Shown here: in pieces, positions 1 to 14,327 of the stretch
Numbering within the stretch: the first letter of the stretch is position 1
Layout: each line of letters opens with the position of its first letter
Source: Calcarisporiella thermophila CBS 279.70
Lineage: Eukaryota; Fungi; Calcarisporiellomycota
Direction of reading: 5' to 3'
Assembly: GCF_041956535.1 (NCBI RefSeq)
Contig: NW_027192199.1
Span: forward strand, 62,001-126,000
DNA: 64,000 nucleotides
Translations under genes and position numbers: made by a program
Notes under the pieces: generated by a model
Told to the model about the DNA's origin: nothing
The model's database searches: none
Seen by the model: only the letters and a program-made list of their open reading frames with translations

Positions 1-106
1 CTAACAATATTTCTTTCGGAATCTTCATGGGTTAAACAAGATATTGCGCGCTTAATGCTATCAATTGATAATCTCTTCTTACCTTCAACTTTGACATTAA
101 TACAAA

Positions 107-2689
107 ATGCCGGCATCAAATCGTAAATTAGGCCCTGAGACTGAGTATATTATGTTGAAGGAAATTGGCGATGGATCTTTTGGTAGCGTACTCCAAGCTC
201 AAAATAGAATCACGGGGGACATGGTAGTATACCTTCTAGAATATATGCGCTATTTGTCCATTTATAGCTTTCTGTTATAGGTGGCTATCAAGAAGATGAA
301 AAAGAAATTTACATCGTGGTATGAGTGCACTCATCTAAGAGAATACAAGGTATAATACAAAATTATTTATACTTGATGCATTTTCTTCTGACATCTTTTG
401 TGACCACTGCTGTTCAGGCCTTAATGCGACTCAAGGGCCATCCCAACATAATTCAACTCTTTGATGCATACTATAATGCCTCGACGAAGGAATTATCACT
501 GGTGATGGAGTATATGGAGGGTAATCTATATCAGTTGATTAATGAACGTAAAGATAAAAAGAACGGATTGCTGTTGAGCGAGATTCAGCAGATAATGTAA
601 ATGCTAAATTTTAAATTTATTTTATATGCACACTAAATTTTCAGTTTTTTTTTAGAGGACAAGTCCTTTCAGGACTGGCACATATGCATAACAAGGGCAT
701 CTTCCATCGAGACCTTAAACCCGAAAATCTCCTTGTTGCTTGCGCCCCTCCCACCATTGAGTCTAGCAGCAAACAACTCGTAGTGAAAATTGCTGATTTT
801 GGCCTCGCTAGAGATACTCGCAATCGTCTGCCCTATACAGAATATGTTAGCACTCGGTGGTAATTGCATCCATTATCACGTATATTATATCCTTTTTTTT
901 AAGCGAAGCCTTCTAGGTATCGAGCGCCTGAAGTTTTACTTCGATCTCCGTTTTACACACCAGCAATTGATATGTGGGCGGTTGGTACAATCTTAGCCGA
1001 GCTTTTAACTTTGCAACCACTCTTCCCGGGACACTCTGAAGCTGATCAACTCTGGGTCATCTGTCAGACGTTAGGCAACCCAGAAGAATACCGTGATGCT
1101 CTTGGGAGACAAATTGGCGGTGGAGAATGGAAAGAGGGGATCAAACTGGCGAGAAACACGGGATTTTCATTTCCTCAAGTAATATAATTTCTATACATTA
1201 CAAAATAACTTATTGACACAAACTTTTTTATTAGACTAAACCTAAAGATCTCCGCTTGATACTTCCGCATGCACCGAATGATCTGATAACTGTACTCGAG
1301 CGCCTCCTTAAATACGATCCAAAACTAAGACCTAATGCTGAAAATGTGCTACGTTATCAGTTTTTTACCAATTCTAATATCTGCACAGAATTAAATAATA
1401 CCCGCTGGTCTACTGCTCGGCATTCACTTCACCGGCTCGCGATTGACACCTCTCTTTTAAAATCAGAAGTAAACGCAAGCTTTGGTCGCTCACGCTCTCG
1501 ATCCCATTCTTCTACGTCCCAAGGAGCACGACGTCCTTCACTTAGATCACTCAAGGGTGTGTGGGATTTTGACTTGCCGGCAATACCTGTATCTCCTTTT
1601 TCATTCAATCCACTTTTTACGCAAGAAGAGAATTTTGAGCCCGAAGAACTGCCGCAGAAGGATATGGATTCAATATCTCGAAAACGAGGGTCAATTCATG
1701 ACTTGACTTCAACAGTGACAATATCGCATTCCACCTACGAGAAATCACATAACATAGGAGAATATAGAATGCAGGATTCGACTTTGTCGCGGCGCAGTTT
1801 GTCGCGGTCATGGCATGGCGAATTCCCAATTCTTGCAACACGTATCCGAGAACAAACAGATATAACTAATAATGACAGCACAGAAGAAAGAAACAAATCG
1901 AATACCAGTAATTTGTTAATTTCCTCCGATGGAGTTAGCTCTGTTCTTGCAGAAATTGACCGTGCTTTCCATAACCACAATTTTGACGTTTTCTTTCCCG
2001 CGCATTCTCCTCGCTCACTTCTATTCGACGAGGTTAATTGCGTTGTTTCGGACGAGACGAATAGTAGTAGTATTGCTGGAAAAAATAGAGTGGACTGTCC
2101 ACAACCCCGGGATTCAGGCTGGGATGAAGAAGGTAGAGAGCACGATAAACACCAAAAAGAAATGCGCGACGATTACATTGTACTTGAAGGCTCATCCTGT
2201 GAAGAGAATAATTCCAGAACTCACACCGAAAAGTCAAATTACTGCTCTAAACAAGATAAACTAGCGGAAGCGATAAACTTGGAACATGAAGTATTCACGA
2301 GAACCACAGATAGAATCGAGCAGGATGTTGAAAGGAAAGTGAATTCGATTCAATCTTGGTGTGATGGACAGCTTGCAGTATTTTTCAATACGCCAAAGCA
2401 ACATGAACTTTCAATTACTGGAGAGTCGACCCCTGCTCCCCCGTCACCTACTACTAAGCCATCAGTATCGTTGGCGCTTTCTCCTTTATCTATATCTCAT
2501 TCTATGGCTGAAAAATCACCACTGCTTCCATCCCTTCCCACTTCGTCAAAACTAGTGCGAGAATTCCAACTCGTTTCACCCTCTACCAAGAAGCTCAGTA
2601 TTTTGGGTTCAAGCAATTGGTTCAACAGGGTAGGTAAGAGACGAATGGGTATTGGTAGTAAGGCTAGTGAAGAGAAAAGTGCTCCTTAA
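107..2689 (+). CDS. IME2: Ime2/MAK/ICK-family (RCK) Ser/Thr kinase, multi-exon, with long low-complexity C-terminal tail
   Basis: The spliced reading gives GDGSFG (Gly loop), [29 protein letters not shown], and [15 protein letters not shown], the TxY activation loop typical of Ime2/MAK/ICK. ATG at 107; the last exon is ORF 1256-2689. Confidence 0.88.
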
Positions 2690-3518
2690 TCGTGCTTAAC
2701 GGGGGTTGATCCTGTTTATATTTTCACCCGCTTCTTTGAATCCATCTTTTTCTTCTTTCATATAATTTGTTTTTTATTTTATTTCAGATTTTTATATGCT
2801 CCTAATTACTTTATTTGATGCCCTGCTCCTCAATACTCTCACTAGTTCCTATTTCAGCTTTCAATTGCATCCTAATGTCTATTTGTATATATAAATTTCT
2901 TGTTAACCTTGCTTGAATTTTCTACTATTTTTATCTATTCTTTATTGAACTTGATAAATAAACCAGGCAATGTCAATCCTACGGAATGCCATTTGCTAGA
3001 TGAGGGTTGTTCCTATTTCTTTTGTCTTTACAGAAATAAAGTGGCAAAACGACAGCAAGTAGCAGTATTTTAACAATGAAACGATTAAATATTCATCGGA
3101 ACAGAAAATCCTGACTAATATAGACATAAACGCGCCATTTAGATTTATAATGTTAAATATGGAAGGAAAATTTCTTGTAAGCTCAATTCTTATTATCAAG
3201 ACATATGGTTCCCAAATTCTTGAGACAATGATTATCCTGAATGATTCGCTATTCTAGACTAAGTTTCAAATTAAGAATAGCCAGAGGTCTGCTAGTGAGC
3301 GAAAATAATCGGTTCCAGACAATTTTTACAAAGCAACTCTCTGGAATTGCCTGAACCCTTCTCAGTCAACGGCAGTGCCAATGTCGAAGCACTATATGCG
3401 CCTCAGTAATATATTACGAGATTCTATTTTAAAACTGCGATAGAAAGTAATTAAAACTTCCCGACTAAGGAATTAAACAGAGCGAGGAATATAGGTTTGC
3501 CAAAGAGACAAGATGGAG

Positions 3519-3526
3519 TATAAATA
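3519..3526 (+). promoter_or_regulatory. Candidate TATA box (TATAAATA) of the Gpr1/Fun34/YaaH gene
   Basis: Consensus TATA about 90 nt upstream of ATG 3613. Confidence 0.45.
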
Positions 3527-3612
3527 CGGTGTGTTGGGCGTTATTCCAAAGAGTGAATTTTTTTTTTCATATAATATTGATAATATAATACTCGTAATAC
3601 AGAAATTTTGCA

Positions 3613-4314
3613 ATGGACGCTAACGACAATCGCATTCCCGGTGAGGTGGACGTGAAAACGGGAAATCCGTTTAAATCACATCAAAACATGCACTCTTCAA
3701 CTTTACGACACAAAATGGGAAATCCGGCGCCCATGGGGCTATTTGGCTATGCAGTGACAAGCCTTGTGGTATCGCTATACAACGCTAGAGCGGGTGTTTC
3801 AGCAACAACCCCTCAAAATCTTGCTTCGGGAATGTGCTTATTCTCTGCTGGCTTTATTCAAATATTAGCGGGCATATTCGAGCTGATTGCTGGAAACACT
3901 TTCGGGGCCACTGCTTTTTGTTCGTACGGTGCATTTTGGCTTTCTTTAGGACTTAATCTTCTCCCTTCTTCCGGAATTGCTCAGGCTTACACAAGCGTTT
4001 CAGAATACGAAAGGCTTCAGGCGAGCGCAATCTTCTCACTCGCCTGGGCAATTTTTACATTCCTCATTTTTATTGCCTCGCATCGTACAAATGGCGGCGT
4101 GGTTGCTATGTTTTTCTTCATGTTTTTGGCCTACCTTCTTAATGCCATTGCTGATTTTACCCAAACTGGTGGTGCCAGAGTTGCTGGGGGTATAGTAGGC
4201 ATTTTGTCTTCAGCATCCGCGTTCTGGAGTGCGATGGCGGAATTGCTTGCATCTGAGCGAACAAGCATTGTACAGTTGCCATTATTTTCTTTAAAAGCAA
4301 ACGAGGAAGTTTAA
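3613..4314 (+). CDS. Gpr1/Fun34/YaaH (Ady2/ATO/SatP) family acetate/ammonia transporter, intronless
   Basis: NPAPMGLFGY (family signature NPAPLGL), GNTFGATAFCSYGAFW, and six hydrophobic segments in a 233-aa ORF. Confidence 0.93.
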   Translation: MDANDNRIPGEVDVKTGNPFKSHQNMHSSTLRHKMGNPAPMGLFGYAVTSLVVSLYNARAGVSATTPQNLASGMCLFSAGFIQILAGIFELIAGNTFGATAFCSYGAFWLSLGLNLLPSSGIAQAYTSVSEYERLQASAIFSLAWAIFTFLIFIASHRTNGGVVAMFFFMFLAYLLNAIADFTQTGGARVAGGIVGILSSASAFWSAMAELLASERTSIVQLPLFSLKANEEV

Positions 4315-4740
4315 TAACAACATTAGTGCATTGCAGTTGACATATATTTCGATTACATATTTTGATAATATAATACTTTAAACCCTATTAGTTAGTTATA
4401 ATCGCATTTGAATGTGAGGGAAAAGAGAAACAATCTAGCTTTACTAATGAGAATTCGAAACAGTTAAGTTATTTTAAAACCCCTAGGAAAACTTTTCCAC
4501 ACATAATTGTTTATTCAATGCGCCATTCAACACCTAAAAATATATATTTCTGCTCTAAAAATGGAAATGATGGTTGTAGTACATTCAAATGCGCCTCTCC
4601 TAACCGTCAGACTCTTGAAACACCACAATTCAAATTTCATACCCCGGTGTTATGTGATTGGGAGTTTGCTACTGATTTTTCGGCATTGACATACCTTTAC
4701 GAAAAATTAAAAAAATATGCCCAGACTTTAGAGGCACTCG

Positions 4741-4790
4741 GTTGTTTGATAGTTTTTGATAGTTGTTTGATAGCTGTTCTTGTTTGCTAG
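4741..4790. repeat. Short degenerate tandem repeat (TTTGATAG x3), also a cluster of GATA sites
   Basis: gttgtttgatagtttttgatagttgtttgatagctg...tttgctagc read directly. Confidence 0.5.
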
Positions 4791-5572
4791 CTATTCTTCA
4801 GACATTAACCTCTCATTCGATATTAATCTATACTTAGCCCACAATTTGACAACAGTTTCTAGGTAGTGGAAAATGTGTTGCTTAACAATAGTAGAGTATA
4901 TGATATTTTATTCAATTGAGTTATGATGACTACATGATTGTACGTCGGTGTATACACATATCATGTCGGGGATCTAAAATGTTAAGAATTTAAAATCGTG
5001 CATTGTGAGAATAATAATATGCACTCTCGAAAATATATCGCGAAACAACTGATATATTCAACCTTCTATCCTTATATCCTAAGTCCTTACTGATTTCAAC
5101 AAGAAATTACCTCCTAATAAAATGATTCCTTGAAGTGTTTCGTTGCTTGTTTACTAATATAGACTTAGCCTTGGTAAATGATGAGGGCGGAGAAGTTAAA
5201 CTGTCTTTTGTCTCCGAACTAGCCATATAGGTAGAATAAAGCCAGGGAACCAACAAAACTACTCAAGTTAGTAAAAGGCCGTATCTCAAGGAAACCAAAG
5301 CTAACTCATGTGATACCGCAAGAGTAATCCGACACCGATAGATGACTGCCACTTTTTAAAGTGAGGGTCTGATAATATCACAAATTGTTAGTCATGCAGT
5401 CAAGCAGCTACACAGGTTGCGTAAGAAAATCAAACATATAAATTCGGATACAGCACGCAAATTTTTTGTAACTTCTTCTAGCACACCTCCATCAGCTTTT
5501 CTAAATAGTGACTCTTGTTTACCCTCTTTTTATTCACACCCACCGTTTCTCCGGCTGCTATTGATCACATAA

Positions 5573-7450
5573 ATGGATAGCGACGAAAAATCCCAACAAG
5601 CCATCTATGACCTCCTGCTTCAGGTAAAGGATATAACTATACAGAACCACAATGCAAAGCCTGCTGAGCAAAAATTTTTGCCCAAGATAGGACCGTCATA
5701 CGGGTCGAGAGCTAACACAGCGGGATAAAGAGCTCCTTGAGCTCGAAGTGCGCATCAACCATCATATTGATAAGCGATTGTTAGAAAATCCAACTCGCAT
5801 TCCAAAGGCCATCTATTTCATTATCCCTAATGAGTTTGGAGAACGTTTCTGCATGACCGGCATAAAAATCTTGCTTGCCCTGTATTTCCCTCGCATAAGT
5901 GGCATCTCTAACGAGCATACTAAGACACTGGTTCATGCGTTCACGATGATTTCGTACTTTTTCCCTATTGTCGGGGCCGCTCTCTCTGACTCCTTTTTGG
6001 GCAAGTACCGCACAATTTCCAGTCTCTCCATCGTTTACTGGATCGGTACTCTACTACTCGCCATCTTTTCAATCAATGGGGTTCTGGGTCAATACGGTTC
6101 GATTCCTATCGCTGGACCCTATGTTGCTTTGATGCTCATGGCTATTGGTACTGGCGGAATTAAACCCTGCGTGTCGACACACGGGGGTGATCAATATCTT
6201 CCTCACCAGAAGGACGGAATCGACTGGTTTTACACTATGTTCTATACCTCTATTAACATCGGAGGGCTTCTTTCTCAAAATATCACTCCTCATCTCGTCA
6301 ACAAAGTTACATGCTTCGGGGAGCGGTGTTATTTTGCTGCCTTCTTTCTTCCCTCGGTAGTGTTTGGTATTGTGACTTTTGTGTTCATCTTTGGCGCTAG
6401 ATATTATCGTGTTGTGCCTCCGGTGGGTGAATTCCTTCCCTACAAAGCTCTGAAAGCAGCCATTATTGCTGGGAAACGCTGGTTAGCGGCTTCATCTGAA
6501 GAACGCAAGAGAAAACATGGGTTCCTCGATTTCGCAGAAGACGTCGTTGGTGCTCCATTTGTAGAGGAAACGCGCCAGCTTGGCCGTATTATATATATGA
6601 TCCTGCCGACAATATTCTTCTGGATGATTTATGATCAGAACACAACTGAATGGCAGTGTAAGTGGTGAGCTAATTCCATGCCGTGTCTTCTAACTCTAAT
6701 TCTATGAGCATGTCTATCACGCCTACAGACCAATACCAAATGATGAATAATAGGATGGGCTCCTATGACGTCTCGCCTGAGTCTTTTCAAGTGATCAACT
6801 CTCTACTCATTATTGTTATGGTGCCCGCTCTTGGACTGCTTTATCCACGACTAGAACGACTTTTGAAAATACGCTTCACCACCCTTCGCCGCATATCTGC
6901 CGGGTTTTTCCTTGTGTGCTTGAGTTTCATAATTTCCGGCTGTTTGCAACTTGGTGTTGAGGCCCGCTACAATCCAGTTCTGGCTGCGGATGGAAAGACT
7001 GTACTCTCATGTGAAGAGTGTGTGCATTGTCTTTGGCAAGTACCACAGTGGTTTATCTTGTCTCTTGCAGAAGCTCTCGCTTCACCCACTGGCCTTTTGT
7101 TCTGTTATGAAGAATCTGGCAGCGCACTTAGAGCTCAATCCTCTTCTATGTGGCTACTTATGATTTCGCTTGGCAATGTCGTCATTGTAGCTTTAAGTGC
7201 TTCTGTCGAAGAAAATGGAAAGATTGTTGGACCGTCGAAGTATTTCTTTTACGCGGGAATCGGATTGGGTGAGTGTTTGGTGTACTCTCATTGTATCTAC
7301 TGCCGAACTAAATTAATCCTTTTCTTTCGTTAATTAGCTGCATGGCTATGGTTTTCTATCCAGGCTTACTTTTACAAATATAAGGCGGATTCTGACGCAG
7401 AGCGTATTGAAGAAAACAGACACAACCTCGAAGATAAATCCAAGGAATAA
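5573..7450 (+). CDS. POT/PTR family proton-coupled oligopeptide transporter, copy 1 (PEPT1/SLC15-like), 4 exons
   Basis: NEFGERFCMTG, SDSFLGKYRTI, GTGGIKPCVSTHGGDQY, YDQ, AEALASPTGL. Introns after LQ (5624-5690), after EWQ, and near the C-terminus. Confidence 0.92.
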
Positions 7451-9856
7451 TCTGTTATGTTTCTGGTCCAAAATCGTTTTTCGATAGCTTGACTTATAAT
7501 TAAGGATTGAAATCAAGATTTTATTTAGTATTTTCTCCTCTTCATGAAAAATCCTGTATTAAAATTAGAAAATTATTGTAGATTTAATATTATTCTAATA
7601 TTCTAAAGCTTATAATTCTTTTTATTTAATTTATTAACTGTTAATTACCTTATTGATTGCTTTTCCGTTCATCCTTGGTATCTCCTGGGAATATTTTCTT
7701 GATTCAGACCACAAAGTTGGACCACTCGAGAGTTGAAAAGCATTGTGGAACTTCTGGCTACGAATTTTATATCGAGTGTATCGCGTGTTCTCCGCTTCGG
7801 TATATGCGGCCTGGCCGAAAGACCGCGTGGACTTTTCAGAATCTAAATTCGAATTGCTCACGAGCAACTTGTTACACTATTAATCTTAAATTTAGCATTT
7901 AATTCAAAAACAAGTCGAAGCTACTTAGCCACTATAATTTAAAAAAAAAAAATAAGGCTTGGAACAATCCCGCTTTAGTAGATAATTAAGATATTTAGCT
8001 ACTATGAGTCCTTGGATTTAGCTACCAATATTCAAGCTCCCGATTATACCAATATATGGTCAGCATTTTCAATTTATCAACGAACCGCGTTTCCTTAATC
8101 TAAATATCATTCAACCTTCATATCTGATACATGAGAATAAATAGAATATATTTAAGTGAAGGAGGAGTGATTCCTCAGTAAAAGCTCTTAGATTTTCCTT
8201 GGATCTTCAGTATATTGCGTGATTTCGAAATGATATTGATACTTAGCTCATTTGGTGTTAGCACCACTATTGCACATATTAGAGCGAAAATGAGCGCGAT
8301 CGATACCTATTTTTCCAGCATCTACTAGCAATTATGCTGAAAACTTAGTCCTTTCACATTTAAGTTGAAAACCTATATATAACCCACAAACTGGAGTTTA
8401 TTAAGGTATCTGGGACAATTGGAGAGGTGCAATAGTATGCAGTTCAAAAGTGATATTATTCATATTAAATTTAATTTGACAATACTACTGATATGCACAG
8501 TTTTGCTTAAACAGCTGGTTCAAAGAATACAGTTTAAACGTTCATTAGCGATATCAGCAACTAACGACAATTTATACAGCAATTAAAAATATCAAGGCCA
8601 TATAGAATATTACTATATCGAGTTTCTGAAGAGAATGAAATCGTTACTATTATTATTATCATTATATCGCTTCTTCGATATCATTGATGGTACGTTTGAA
8701 AATTAAATCATTAGAAAACGTCACAACCATACTATTGACCATTTTTAATCCAGCTTCTTCGCTTATACTATTACATACTCTGGTACATGCAGTGGAGGAG
8801 TGATCTTTTTCAAAATAGAGAAGAAATGTAACCACAACAAACATAAGCTACTGGCAGAAAAGAAATTTGCAAATTAACTTAGGGATTGAAAAGTGGGGTG
8901 AATTGATAGAGTCTCTCAAGGTCGCATTATTATAGATGACTATATTCTGTCCGCTCTATCACATAAATATTGGGAATATTTTCACCCATACAGGTATCTA
9001 GCCGACTGACTTAGATATTCAAGGAATACACTCAGATATATCTTCTTTCAAGCTATCAGAATAAAACACAGGGTCGATTTGTTTCAATCTAAGTGTTCAA
9101 TACTTAATAGTTCTCATAATAAATAGAGAGGTATAGAGAATCTTGCATAAAATTAATTTTAATATGTCTAGCCTCCGTTGTATTTCATCTTCTCAAGCAT
9201 ATAGCATTAATTATTATACATAAATAAGAGAACAACTCCATTATTAACTATTAATTACGCACCAAGGCCTTGTGACCATCTCTTTTGCCTTGGTTGAATC
9301 CTTGTGTAGAGTTTGATCAGACAAAAATGATTGGCTATTGCCTAGTACCATTTGTGCGAGCAAGGTATGACTCCGCTTCATGAGCGCGGTTTAACCGAGT
9401 GTACTAAGATATTTATGTTTCCGCTCTGCTCATGCGAGACCAAATCACCAATTAAGGAATTGTCAAAACTCTATGTTGCAAGCGCTATTTTCTGTCTATT
9501 CCTAATGAGAACGTATATCATTTAGCATCATTACGATGGGAGTAGGTATCAGATTCGAGAAAACATGGCAATACCTTTGGCGAACATGGCTGCAAAGTAG
9601 TTGTAGTTACAGCGGAACGCTTAATTAATTCAATTCTGACGATATCTCTAGCTCATTAACAAGGTTTCCACAATTAAGAGGCAATTATATGCAACAGTGA
9701 GAAAAAAAAATCCAAAACTTTAAATACTTCTAAAAGAATAATGCAGCTATGGGTATAAAATGAGAAGATACCCGCCAGATGTTATAATTCCCGCGAGTCA
9801 GCCAATTTTATTTAGTTTCCCTTCTTCCTACTTTCTCCCTTTGCCTTCTAATAACA

Positions 9857-11667
9857 ATGGCTATTGAAGAGAAAGTGCAACAACAGGTCTATGATCTGTT
9901 GCTACAGGTAAGATATCTATCCTCATAGTCATTCATTGCTTTAGAGACGCAATTCTAATTTTCAAACGCTTCAAAGGACCGTTATCAAGGGCAAGAGTTA
10001 ACACAGCGTGATCAGGAGCTCCTCGAACTTGAGGTACGCTTAAACGAGCGCATTGACCGAGGGCTACTCGAAGACCCCCAGAGGGTTCCAAAAGCAGTTT
10101 ATTTCATCATTCCCAATGAGTTTGGTGAACGCTTCTGCTATTATGGAATTAGACCACTGTTGATCAACTTCTTCAAAGGTTTTTGTGGCACTGATGACGT
10201 TGGGGCTAAAGTGCACTACCATACATTCGTTTATGTTACATATTTTTGTCCTCTCATCGGCGCCGCCCTTTCTGACTCTTTCCTTGGAAAATACCGTACT
10301 ATCGTCTCTCTCTCTGTTTTATACTTCATCGGAACTCTGCTGTTTGCCATCTTCACTATCCCCGGAATCCTCGGCATACCTCCGAATATCCCAATTGCTG
10401 GACCGCTTGGTGCTCTCATGCTTATCGCTCTTGGTACCGGTGGTATCAAGCCTTGCGTCTCAACTCATGGTGGTGACCAGTACCTCCCGCACCAGAAAGA
10501 TGGAATTGACTGGTTCTTTTCGATCTTTTATACCTCGATTAACGTTGGTGCCTTGATCTCCGGAAATATCACTCCTGCCGTCAGAAAAAATGTACAATGC
10601 TTTGGCGAATACGATTGTTACTTCTACGGAACAATCATGTGCTCAATTATGTTTGCCCTTGTCACTGCTGTCTTCATCTTCGGTGTGCGTTACTATCGTA
10701 TCGTTCCTCCGGTTGGCGAGTTCTTGCCATGGAAATGTCTTAAGGTGACTGTCACTGCTGGTGTGCGCTACCTCTCAGCATCGTCTGAGGAACGTAAGCG
10801 TAAGAAGAGCTGGCTCGATTTTGCGGAGGAGGACTATGGCGCACCATTCGTGGAGGAGACCCGCCTGTTTGGTCGTGTGATCTATATGATTCTCCCGATG
10901 ATGTTCTTCTGGATGATATACGACCAAACTGCCTCGGAATGGCAAAGCCAATACGTTTTGATGGATGATCGCATTGGCAGTATCCAACTCTCCTCGGATC
11001 AATTCCAGCAAATCAATTCTTTCCTTATTATCATTATGGTACCTGGTCTTGGATATTTGTATCCAATCATTGAACGCCGCCTCAAGATTCGCTGCACTCC
11101 TCTGCGTCGTATGAGTCTCGGATTCTTCCTTGTGATTGTTGCATTCGTCATCTCTGGTTTGCTGCAGATTTCAGTTGAGAAGAACGCTAAACCCACCAAG
11201 TATGATTTGGCGGGTAACGTTGTTGAGTGCCATAATGGATGTGTTCACTCCTGGTGGACGGTACCTCAGTGGGTCATCGTCTCATTGGGTGAGGCACTCG
11301 CCTCTCCTACTGGACTTCTCTTCTGTTATGAGGAGTCTGGAAAGGCTCTCAAAGCTCAAAGTTCATCCATGTGGCTCCTCATGGTCTCCTTTGGTAGTAT
11401 GATTATTGCGGCGGTTGAAAAGAAATTGGCAACAAGTGTTAGCGGTAAATAATTTGGCACGCCTTACTGACCTAACCTATTTTATGCTTAAAGACCATTC
11501 CTCTATCTTTATAATTAGGTCCCGCTAAGTATTTTGTGTACTCTGGCATGGGTCTAGCATTCAACATTTGGTTCATTATCCAAGCCTATTTCTATAAGAC
11601 CAGAGCACAAATAGAACAAGAGCGAGCGCTCGAGGAAGAAGAAAAAGCCGCTAAAATTGAGAACTAA
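9857..11667 (+). CDS. POT/PTR oligopeptide transporter, copy 2, 3 exons
   Basis: NEFGERFCYYG and the same POT motifs. ATG 9857, TAA 11665-11667, TATAAAA at 9754. Confidence 0.93.
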
Positions 11668-12524
11668 ACTACAATATTCGATTCTTTAAAGCAAGCATAG
11701 AGCATTGCTTGGCTTTTATTCTTTACAATATCCGGTGTAGGATTCCCCATAAGGGAACAGTTTTATAGCTACTTTTATTTATTTTTGTCTAACAAACGTT
11801 CTCTTATTTTTCTTTACATTTCTTTAATTATTCTTCCATTTTTTACGTGGAGAGTTTAATAATAATAGGAATTTTAATATTTGCTTTGTTGTTGTAACCA
11901 ACTCGCAGCTCCTTCGTGAACTGTAAATTTTAAAATTTACACCAAGATAATTGGGCTTGTAAGTTGGCGTAAAGGTTCATTGAATGTGATTTGAACATTA
12001 TAACGTGACCAGATAAACGCACAATCTCCGACTCGGTTGATAAACTGAGGGGAATACTGAAATTATTTAAGTTTAAGCGCACATGCGAAATTTCGTTTTC
12101 TGGCAAACCTAAAGACATCAAGTTTGGGCATATGGTACATTTCATTGCTGCTGAATTTTGATATTGACATTGGAATGTTTTATTTAACTTGATACAATTT
12201 TAGATGTGAAAGATTTACCACATCTCACTATTAGATATTTGTATGCAACTTTTGGCTGTTCCAACGACAATGCATTGAAAATTATCCTGGATCCTTATTA
12301 AAGTTTTCGCGTATATAGTCAAAAAGAGTATAGCAGTATTATCAAGGGAGGAACTCTAAAAAATCCAAATCGTGCGAACATAACTTAATTGCATGGGTGC
12401 CAAGAAATCGCACAGGTATTTAAATCAAAGACGGCTTTGCATTTGAATTCTTACCTGGGAGAGCATTTTTTTTTTTGTCCACTTTATCCTTACTTATTTG
12501 TTTAATCGCTATTTCCTCTCGACA

Positions 12525-14327
12525 ATGAGTATCGAAGGGAAAATAAACCAAGAGGTGTATGACCTCTTGCTCGAGGTACGACGGCGATTCAAATATATCC
12601 ATTATACTCTATAATGTTTGAACTCAAATTTGTCTATGCAACTTAGGATCGTTTTGCAGGGCAAGAGTTGACACAGCGCGATAAGGAGCTTCTCGAACTC
12701 GAGGTGCGTTTAAATGAGCGCATCGACCGAGGGCTCCTCGAGAACCCCCAAAGGATTCCTAAGGCCGTCTTTTTCATCATTCCCAACGAGTTTGGTGAAC
12801 GCTTCTGCTTTTATGGAATAAGACCGCTGTTGATCAACTTCTTCAAGAGCTTTTGTGGCAAAGACCCGGAGGCAGCCAAAATCAATTTCCACATATTTGA
12901 ACTTGTCTCTTATTTTAGTCCACTCCTTGGCGCCGCCCTTTCTGACTCTTTCCTTGGAAAATACCGTACTATCGTCTCTCTCTCTGTTTTATACTTCATT
13001 GGCACTCTGCTGTTTGCCATCTTCACTATCCCCGGAATCCTCGGCATACCTCCGAATATCCCAATTGCTGGACCACTTGGTGCTCTCATGCTTATCGCCA
13101 TTGGTACCGGTGGTATCAAGCCCTGCGTCTCGACTCATGGTGGTGACCAGTATCTCCCGCACCAGAAAGATGGAATTGACTGGTTCTTTTCGATCTTTTA
13201 TACCTCGATTAACGTTGGTGCCATTATCTCTGGAAATCTCACCCCTGCCATCAGAAAAAATGTACAATGCTTTGGCGAATACGATTGTTACTTCTACGGA
13301 ACCCTTATTTGCTCGATTATGTTTGCCCTTGTCACTGCTGTCTTCATCTTCGGTGTGCGTTACTATCGTATCGTTCCTCCGGTTGGCGAGTTCTTGCCAT
13401 GGAAATGTCTTAAGGTGGCTGTCACTGCTGGCGCGCGCTACCTCTCAGCATCGTCTGAGGAACGTAAGCGTAAGAAGAGCTGGCTCGATTTTGCGGAGGA
13501 GGACTATGGCGCACCATTCGTGGAGGAAACCCGCCTGTTTGGTCGTGTGATCTATATGGTTCTTCCGATGATGTTCTTCTGGATGATATACGACCAAACC
13601 GCCTCTGAGTGGCAAAATCAATACGCTTTAATGGATGATCGCATTGGCAGTATCCAACTCTCCTCGGATCAATTCCAGCAAATCAATTCTTTCCTTATTG
13701 TATTCATGGTTCCTGCTCTTGGATGTTTGTATCCAATCATTGAACGCCGCCTCAAGATTCGCTGCACTCCTCTTCGTCGTATGGGACTCGGATTCTTCCT
13801 TGTGATTGTTGCATTCGTCATCTCTGGTTTGCTGCAGATTTCAGTTGAGAAGAACGCTAAACCCACCAAGTATGATTTGGCGGGTAACGTTGAGGAGTGC
13901 CATAATGGATGTGTTCACTCCTGGTGGACGGTACCTCAGTGGGTCATCGTCTCATTGGGTGAGGCACTCGCCTCTCCTACTGGACTTCTCTTCTGTTATG
14001 AGGAGTCTGGAAAGGCTCTTAAAGCTCAAAGTTCATCCATGTGGCTCCTCATGGTTTCCTTTGGTAATATGATAATTACTGCAGTAGATGGTGCCCTAGC
14101 CGTTAGTGTTAGCGGTAAGTAATTTATATAGGCAGCAGATTGATTACCTAGATCTAACGAATGCTTTATTTTCAGGTCCCACTAAATATTTCATTTACTC
14201 TGGTATGGGTCTTGCGTTTAATATATGGTTCGTTGTTCAGGCCTATTTCTACAAAACTAAGGCTCAAATAGAACAAGAGCGAGCTAATGGAGAGAGTAAA
14301 CATGTTGAGGGAAAATATGAGGATTAA
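12525..14327 (+). CDS. POT/PTR oligopeptide transporter, copy 3, 3 exons
   Basis: NEFGERFCFYG. ORF 12668-14122 plus short first and last exons; nearly identical to copy 2 internally. Confidence 0.93.

Noticed and set aside
7450-9850. Long AT-rich spacer with small ORFs (7634-7902, 8662-8844) and a small GC hairpin near 7806-7828
   Set aside because: No recognisable motif, terminal repeats or ribozyme core; cannot support a gene or element.
11930-12145. Minus-strand 71-aa ORF between POT copies 2 and 3
   Set aside because: No homology recognised; could be noise or an unidentifiable relic.
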